A stretch of DNA of 24,950 bases from assembly GCA_964389655.1 (NCBI GenBank), contig CAYMED010000025.1, forward strand, positions 1 to 24,950, written 5' to 3'. Below the pieces are notes generated by a model. The model did not search any database and was not told where the DNA came from. It was given only the letters and a program-made list of their open reading frames with translations. Source of the stretch: an uncultured Candidatus Poseidoniales archaeon. GTDB lineage: Archaea > Thermoplasmatota > Poseidoniia > Poseidoniales > CAYMED01. Within the stretch, counting starts at the first letter, position 1. Every line of letters starts with the position of its first letter. A program made the translations under genes and the position numbers. This document shows, one piece after another, positions 20,705 through 24,950 of the stretch.

Positions 20705-21448
20705 ATGTCAAAAATCAGAGAGATCCCCATGCATCCTCGCGTAGTTGTCGGTCTATTGTTTGCTGGACTTGTCCTTACCATGAGTCTTCTTTGTCTTATT
20801 GCCCTTAATTCAGGCCCTGCCGAAATTGGGACCGTGAAGATGGTGTTTGGGGTCATCGTGTTGTGGGTCGTACTAGGGGGGGCATTGATGCATAACTTCC
20901 GTGACCGGATGCGCGAATATATCCAGCGTCCATCCATTGATTGGCGGATTAAATTCGTGCTTTTCAGCACCATTCTCGCCCTGATAGAAGAAGCGATTAC
21001 TGTCCTAATGACCAACCTAGCCCCATTTTTCGGAGTCAAGATAGGGGAGGCCTACATCACTGCCTCCACCAACTATCTCGATGTCGTCCTTTTTCATAGC
21101 GTGGTGGTTTTTGTCCCGCTTTTCATTGCCTGGGCGGTAATTCTCTCGAGGTATGATTTTTCTCCTTTTGCCGTCTTTCTACTCTTCGGTTTGACTGGCA
21201 TCATCTGCGAAGCGACAATAAATCCCGTTGGTGCGATTTTTGGCTCTGCCATCTGGATATTTATCTATGGTCTCATGGTCTATCTGCCAGCATACTGCAT
21301 CCCTCAGGAGCGTCCAGTTCAAACTGTTAGTTGGCACCACTATCTTCTTGCCATCCCGCTCACTTTCCTCATTGCCATTCCACTATTGCTACCGATTATG
21401 CTTGTTTTAGGTTATGTATTACAACACCCATCCGGAGCGCACTTCTGA
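20705..21448 (+). CDS. Integral membrane protein (~7-8 TM), unknown function
   Basis: Highly hydrophobic ORF with intramembrane acidic residues (LALIEEAIT, GIICE) and HS. Start probably ATG 20705 or 20729. Confidence 0.8.
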   Translation: MSKIREIPMHPRVVVGLLFAGLVLTMSLLCLIALNSGPAEIGTVKMVFGVIVLWVVLGGALMHNFRDRMREYIQRPSIDWRIKFVLFSTILALIEEAITVLMTNLAPFFGVKIGEAYITASTNYLDVVLFHSVVVFVPLFIAWAVILSRYDFSPFAVFLLFGLTGIICEATINPVGAIFGSAIWIFIYGLMVYLPAYCIPQERPVQTVSWHHYLLAIPLTFLIAIPLLLPIMLVLGYVLQHPSGAHF

Positions 21449-21496
21449 ATCGCGAATATTCGGTTATACACGGTTAGAACCTCTTTGAGGAACGGT

Positions 21497-21584
21497 TGGG
21501 ATCATTCCAGTATGTCTTATTGTCACGATCGTCTCTCCCATGAGGCGTCATAATAGATGGAACACACACAAGTGACTATCTCAG
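21497..21584 (-). repeat. Right copy of ~88-bp imperfect inverted repeat
   Basis: Reverse complement matches 20315-20403 at about 88%. Confidence 0.92.
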
Positions 21585-21635
21585 ATGTCAATCATAAATC
21601 TCAAAATCTAAACTGACTAGGTATCTGCCGTCATT

Positions 21636-22976
21636 GTGTCTGGCGCAATTGATGTTGCCCTACAGGAGAAAGGACAAGCCAATCGTAGATTCATGCAACT
21701 GCTCCTGACTCTGCTCGTGATGAGCGTTTTTGGATGGATAATTTTTCTTTCTGATTTCGTAGCAAATATCCTTGGCATCTTGGTAATCTTTGTGATATCT
21801 ATGATCGGATTGAGATTCACAATCAATGGCATAATTGCTCTAATTCCTTGGTCATCCAAACTACAAAATTCCAATCATAGACATCCTGTAGACGTAATAA
21901 TACCCGCCTTCTTTGAAGAAGGTGTACTGGAAAATACAGTTCTTGCGGTACTTGCAAGTGACTACAGTGGCAATCTAAATGTGGTGTTATGTGTAGAAGA
22001 ACGATGTACGGATCAAACAAATGAAATTGCATACCAACTCGAACGAAGGTTCGAAAATGTCAGAGTGATTTTGAGAAGTTCGCCATCTGGTGGAAAAGCA
22101 GCAAGCGCAAATGATGGAATAAGAACCGGAGACGCTCCCTACATTTGTTCAATAGATGCAGACCACGTCTTAGAACCGGATGCAATATCACGCGCGGTAG
22201 CACATCTTGAGGAAGGCGCTGATTGTGTCAAAGGACGCTGCCGCACAAAACGTGGGAAAAAATCTCTGATAGAATGGGTCTCAGGTCTTGAAAGGGACAT
22301 GGTAGAGCGAATGGTCATTCCTTCGTGGTACAGAATAGGTGGGTTTGCAATATTTGGAGGGGGTCAGGCGTTTTTTAGACGATCCTCTCTTGAGGAAGTA
22401 GGGTGCTTTGATGAAACAATGCTTACTGAAGATGTCGACTGTAGCATAAAACTCCACTTAAGTGGTAAAGTGATCGTTTCAGATCCAAAGATCATTTCTT
22501 GGGAAACACAACCATCAACTTGGAAAGATTGGTGGAATCAGCGAATTAGATGGAGCAGGGGATGGACTCAATCAGCCCTCAAGCACGTGGCTCCTGTTGC
22601 GGAATCAGATGAAATCAGTGGGTGGAGAAAATTCGACATTACGATGGGAATATATTCTACATTAGCTGTTCCAATTTTTATTGTTATGCTGCCATTAATT
22701 TTCAAAACTGCACTCGACGCGAGTAATTGGAGTTTTGATGGCGAACCACTTGAATGGTGGTGGCTATGGATTTCATTTATTCCCTCATTATTGTCAGTCC
22801 TACGCATTCTAATCGATTCTTTGGAAGAAAAGAGACTCCCATCTCTCACTGATTTGATTGGTTCGATCCTCCTTTATCCGTATTTGCTGATCCATTTCTT
22901 AGTTAGTTGGTTTGCATTTCTTGATGAAACAATCACACCTGCGGATCGTGTCTACATCAAAACGGGGCGTAGATGA
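21636..22976 (+). CDS. Processive (cellulose/PNAG-synthase-like) GT2 glycosyltransferase
   Basis: 2 N-terminal TM, VIIPAFFEE, GGKAASAN, IDADH (DxD), LTEDVD, QRIRW (QxxRW), 3 C-terminal TM. Confidence 0.92.
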   Translation: MSGAIDVALQEKGQANRRFMQLLLTLLVMSVFGWIIFLSDFVANILGILVIFVISMIGLRFTINGIIALIPWSSKLQNSNHRHPVDVIIPAFFEEGVLENTVLAVLASDYSGNLNVVLCVEERCTDQTNEIAYQLERRFENVRVILRSSPSGGKAASANDGIRTGDAPYICSIDADHVLEPDAISRAVAHLEEGADCVKGRCRTKRGKKSLIEWVSGLERDMVERMVIPSWYRIGGFAIFGGGQAFFRRSSLEEVGCFDETMLTEDVDCSIKLHLSGKVIVSDPKIISWETQPSTWKDWWNQRIRWSRGWTQSALKHVAPVAESDEISGWRKFDITMGIYSTLAVPIFIVMLPLIFKTALDASNWSFDGEPLEWWWLWISFIPSLLSVLRILIDSLEEKRLPSLTDLIGSILLYPYLLIHFLVSWFAFLDETITPADRVYIKTGRR

Positions 22977-24610
22977 TGGGAAAAAGTCCCGCCACATTTG
23001 GGATATTGGCCATAATTGGTACGGTGGTATTTCTAATATTTACAATTCTGTGGATCAACATAGGTCATGTAGATGATGCAACATGGTATCGTGATGAATT
23101 GAATGAGAAAAATCTCATCATGCGTTGGAAGGATGATGGGGTAAGTGTATTCACAGATACGGATGCAAGTACGGGAGAGAATGAACTTGTGGCGTCAAAG
23201 GCGACTCAGGCCGGTTTTTTATTCGCCAGTTGGCTCACATTTGCTGGTTCAAACGGGGATATGGAGAGTTACCGATTTGGTGTCATCATTACATCGACCC
23301 TATCATTCATAGTTCTCGCCACACTTGCAGCTAGGTGTGTGGAGAGAAATCATGCCTTGTTCATGGGGATTTCCTGTTTGTGGATGTTGAGCCGACCTGA
23401 AGTAATGAGTACAGGGATTCATCGACCATCATACCACATCATGACGTTAGGATTGGCTGCCTCAGGGCACTTATTGCTGAGTATAGACAATCAGATCGAC
23501 CTCGGTCGGCGAAAGAAGATGCTTTTGCTTGGTGGCTTCTTTGCATCATTGCTCATCGGTGGCTTGACCAAACCAATGTCGATCTTTTTGGCCGTTCCAA
23601 TGATGATGCATATGGCAAATCGCGGGAAAACCCCCTTCATCCGCAAATGGATGCTCTATGCACTTCTGCTCATATCTCATGTGCTGGTTGTTCTTATTTG
23701 GATGTCACCTTGGATTAGATTCCAGCTGAGTAGTGGTTCAGATTGGTCGTGGTGGGCTGCGACTTCAAAGACATTTGTTCTCACCCTTCTTCTCAATGAT
23801 CTGGGGTGGTTAGGGTGTGTATTCGCAATTATTGGAGTGGTAGCATTTCTCAGAAGTGACACTGGGATGAGTCGGTGGATTGGAAGTGGTCCCTTAATTT
23901 ATGCCATCGGCACCACATTTGTACTTGATGAATTAACTGGTCGGCTTTTTATCCCAATTATCTTTTTCCTCCCAATTCTTGCTGCAAAGGGCCTAGTTGT
24001 TGTTTGTGAATCCATCATTTGCAAAGTTCCTGAAGGACGGATTAAGGTGGTTCAACCTACAACCATCTTAGTGTCCCTAATCTTTCTTCTCGTCGGGGTC
24101 TCTGGAACTTTGAGAGAAGGAGTTCAAGGAACCAACATACGTGAATTTACAGATGATGGAGCAATTTGGATATATGCTGAGGGAAATGGGGGCCACGATT
24201 GGTTTGATGGGTTCAGGGATGACCAAGGGTATGCCTATCAGGCGTTACTGGGATCTGCTGATTACGAAAGTAGTGATTTAGTTCTCCACAACGATATTGC
24301 TATGGCTATGGAATATCTCGATGCATCCATTGCCTACAGGCTCGATGTCAACACAAATGGTGCATTTGATGGCAATGGCAAGCAGGTCAGTCCTTGGAAC
24401 CAGTCTACAGTTGATCAAGCATTCAATGGAACAATCGTACCTGATGTAAACACTGACACGATCTGGTTTGTTGTGGGCAAAGGTGAATTATGGAATGAAA
24501 TGGGCAAATCTAGGCAAAAAATCCTGTTTGAAAACTTCACGATCAGATTTGAATCTGAAAGAGCATATTTATTCTCGCGTCTGCCATTATCTAATGCAAC
24601 AGTTATTTGA
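22973..24610 (+). CDS. Polytopic membrane protein, GT-C fold-like (ArnT/PMT-type) glycosyltransferase candidate
   Basis: ATGA overlap with the GT2 stop. TM1 followed by a DD loop (GHVDDATWY), about 11 TM, LTKP, RLFIPIIFFLPIL segment, C-terminal external domain. Confidence 0.65.
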   Translation: MMGKSPATFGILAIIGTVVFLIFTILWINIGHVDDATWYRDELNEKNLIMRWKDDGVSVFTDTDASTGENELVASKATQAGFLFASWLTFAGSNGDMESYRFGVIITSTLSFIVLATLAARCVERNHALFMGISCLWMLSRPEVMSTGIHRPSYHIMTLGLAASGHLLLSIDNQIDLGRRKKMLLLGGFFASLLIGGLTKPMSIFLAVPMMMHMANRGKTPFIRKWMLYALLLISHVLVVLIWMSPWIRFQLSSGSDWSWWAATSKTFVLTLLLNDLGWLGCVFAIIGVVAFLRSDTGMSRWIGSGPLIYAIGTTFVLDELTGRLFIPIIFFLPILAAKGLVVVCESIICKVPEGRIKVVQPTTILVSLIFLLVGVSGTLREGVQGTNIREFTDDGAIWIYAEGNGGHDWFDGFRDDQGYAYQALLGSADYESSDLVLHNDIAMAMEYLDASIAYRLDVNTNGAFDGNGKQVSPWNQSTVDQAFNGTIVPDVNTDTIWFVVGKGELWNEMGKSRQKILFENFTIRFESERAYLFSRLPLSNATVI

Positions 24611-24950
24611 TGAGTTAGTTGAATGAGACCCCGACCCGCGCTGATCCTCCGTACTGAACGGTTTCCCTCGGGATCAAGAGCCGTTGTCAGGCCGTGAGGG
24701 ACAATTGAGGGAGCCCTAGCAAGAATTACTGAGTATACGCCATTGCTTGTGTGAAAATCGCGGGACTAGCCTTTACTTGCCAAAGCCGCTCAAATGATTA
24801 AATTTCGAAACATATTGTCATACAGACGCAACTCTCGTTAAGTACCACATGCCAGTGGCGAAATCATGAGCACCTCACTGCCTGCTTTCCTATGGTCGAG
24901 GTACAGATCTTCAGTCAGATTAGATGACCGATTCTCAAATCAAAGGATTG

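Noticed and set aside
20315-21584. CRISPR array, IS element or integron attC interpretation of the repeats
   Set aside because: There are only two copies, they are inverted and too long, and there are no spacers, transposase, target-site duplication or attC-type internal symmetry.
24867-24950. Open frame running off the right edge
   Set aside because: Too short to identify or support as a gene.

Overview
This window looks like chromosomal DNA from a marine Thermoplasmatota archaeon, most likely Marine Group II/Poseidoniales or a close relative. This is inferred from the archaeal RNase P RNA, archaeal EF-1beta next to a DUF1610 Zn-ribbon gene, RlmE, and TATA-like boxes about 25 nt upstream of start codons. 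Bases ~100-15340 are core-like: truncated rpiA, a ~1000-aa membrane-anchored surface protein, an SDR, rnpB (missing from the ORF track), an MMPL/RND transporter, a GT2, an NDP-sugar epimerase, a thioredoxin/Omp28-like protein, rlmE, an OB-fold protein, the Zn-ribbon protein, EF-1beta, gdhA and an HD hydrolase. Bases ~15400-24950 look accessory: a polytopic membrane protein with a TerB-like tail, a KamA-family radical SAM enzyme, a GST-like protein, a gene split by one in-frame TAG, a small orphan gene, a membrane-protein gene enclosed by ~88-bp inverted repeats (~88% identical), and a coupled processive GT2 + GT-C-like pair. The best unexplained signals are the inverted-repeat-bounded 1.27-kb cassette with palindromic operator-like sites, the in-frame amber codon, and two related GC-rich structured intergenic motifs. 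The first ~98 bp appear to be foreign high-GC sequence joined at a C12 tract. No transposase, integrase, CRISPR array, tRNA or rRNA was seen.
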